Shown here piece after piece: positions 10,993-12,176 of a stretch of DNA of 12,176 nucleotides; the stretch's first letter is position 1; each line of letters starts with the position of its first letter. Below the pieces are notes generated by a model. It was given only the letters and a program-made list of their open reading frames with translations, was not told the DNA's origin and searched no databases. The stretch comes from an uncultured bacterium. GTDB taxonomy: Bacteria > Hydrothermota > UBA3073 > NMUJ01. The translations under genes and the position numbers were made by a program. The DNA lies in assembly GCA_965612795.1 (NCBI GenBank), contig CBFDTI010000036.1:1-12176 (forward strand), in the 5' to 3' direction.

Positions 10993-12176
10993 ATGGGCGG
11001 TAAAATCAACGCCGCTGGTAGATGGGTACCTGATGAGATTAACGGTAAACCTGTGATACCGTTTCAAGGTGTCGGCAAATATATACCAAAAGGTAGGAAA
11101 GCAGCACCTCCCATCGTAAGTTGTGCGAATTACCCTAAGGATGGAAACAAAGTTGTTAAATCACTACGCGAGGCGCTCGAACTCTGTGGCTTACGTGATG
11201 GTATGACGATAACGACACATCACCACTTCCGTAATGGTGATAAGCTTGCTAATAAATTGTTCGATATCATTGCTGAAATGGGGGTTAAGGACCTGGTATG
11301 GTACCCCAGTGCTGCATTCCCGTGTCATGAACCTATCATCAAGCATCTCAAGAGTGGTGTGATACATCATATCGAGGGTAGCCTTAATGGACCTTTGGGT
11401 GAGTTCTGCACATATGGTGGTATGCGTGGACAAGGTGTGTTACGTTCGCATGGTGGACGCTATCGTGCGATACAGGATGGTGAAGTACATGTTGACATAG
11501 CAATGATAGCTGCACCGACAGCTGATCCGTTCGGTAATGCCAACGCCCTATACGGTAAGTCGGCGTGTGGACTGCTGGGGTTTGCGCTCGCTGATGCACA
11601 GTACGCGGATAAGGTGATCATAGTGACTGATAATCTGGTACCATTCCCATGCATACCGTGGCAGATACATGGTAACTGGGTAGACTACGTGGTGGTGATG
11701 GACGATATCGGTGACCCCAGCAAGATCGTATCCGGTACCACTGTTATTACACGTAGCCCGGCAAGGTTGTTGATCGCTGAGTACACGGCAAGGTTTATCA
11801 AAGAGGCTGGCATAATGCGGGACGGGTTCTCGTTTCAAGCGGGTGCCGGCGGTACATCGCTCGCGTTTATACCGTATCTTAAGAAATACATGAAAGAGGC
11901 CGGTATCAAAGCACGTTGGGTACGTGGTGGTAGCACAAAGTATCTGGTGGAACTGCTCGAGGAGGGGCTTACGGACTACATACTGGATGGACAGACGTTC
12001 GACCTACATGGGGTGCGTTCGATGCGCGATAACCCCAACCACGTATGGACGTCACCGTTTACAAGCTACAACTACCACGGTAAGGGTAACTTTGCATCTA
12101 TGGTGGATGTGGTGGTACTGGGTGCCACTGAAGTGGATGTTAACTTCAACGCTAACGTGGTGACACACTCAGATGG
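10993..12176 (+). CDS. citF: Citrate lyase alpha chain (citrate CoA/ACP transferase), truncated by the window edge
   Basis: Absent from the ORF track; translated by hand. MGGKINAAGRWVP..., GLRDGMTITTHHHFRNGD, LRSHGGR, ADPFGNAN, GFSFQAGAGG, LDGQTFD and DVVVLGATEVDVNFNANVVTHSD are CitF signatures. Confidence 0.92.
   Translation, partial: MGGKINAAGRWVPDEINGKPVIPFQGVGKYIPKGRKAAPPIVSCANYPKDGNKVVKSLREALELCGLRDGMTITTHHHFRNGDKLANKLFDIIAEMGVKDLVWYPSAAFPCHEPIIKHLKSGVIHHIEGSLNGPLGEFCTYGGMRGQGVLRSHGGRYRAIQDGEVHVDIAMIAAPTADPFGNANALYGKSACGLLGFALADAQYADKVIIVTDNLVPFPCIPWQIHGNWVDYVVVMDDIGDPSKIVSGTTVITRSPARLLIAEYTARFIKEAGIMRDGFSFQAGAGGTSLAFIPYLKKYMKEAGIKARWVRGGSTKYLVELLEEGLTDYILDGQTFDLHGVRSMRDNPNHVWTSPFTSYNYHGKGNFASMVDVVVLGATEVDVNFNANVVTHSD

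Noticed and set aside
7760..12163. Minus-strand and off-frame ORFs within the HD, leuCD, citDE and citF genes
   Set aside because: They overlap well-supported CDSs; 11924-12163 is an off-frame ORF inside citF.

Overview
Bacterial chromosomal window with two divergent gene clusters separated by a ~285-bp intergenic region (7103-7386). Minus strand: a tightly packed housekeeping run gyrB - envC-like degenerate M23 protein - holB - gyrA - rimO (rimO runs off the left edge). The two gyrase genes are split by two genes, and each is preceded by a near-identical sigma70-type promoter with a short 16-bp spacer. Plus strand: an organic-acid metabolism operon encoding an HD-domain hydrolase, a fused LeuC-LeuD aconitase-family enzyme with several substituted active-site residues, a CitD-CitE fusion whose carrier domain lacks the prosthetic-group serine, and a CitF CoA/ACP transferase (runs off the right edge). 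This operon is the best candidate for an undescribed system. No RNA genes, mobile elements or CRISPR arrays were seen. All calls rest on motif recognition by eye; no database searches were run.
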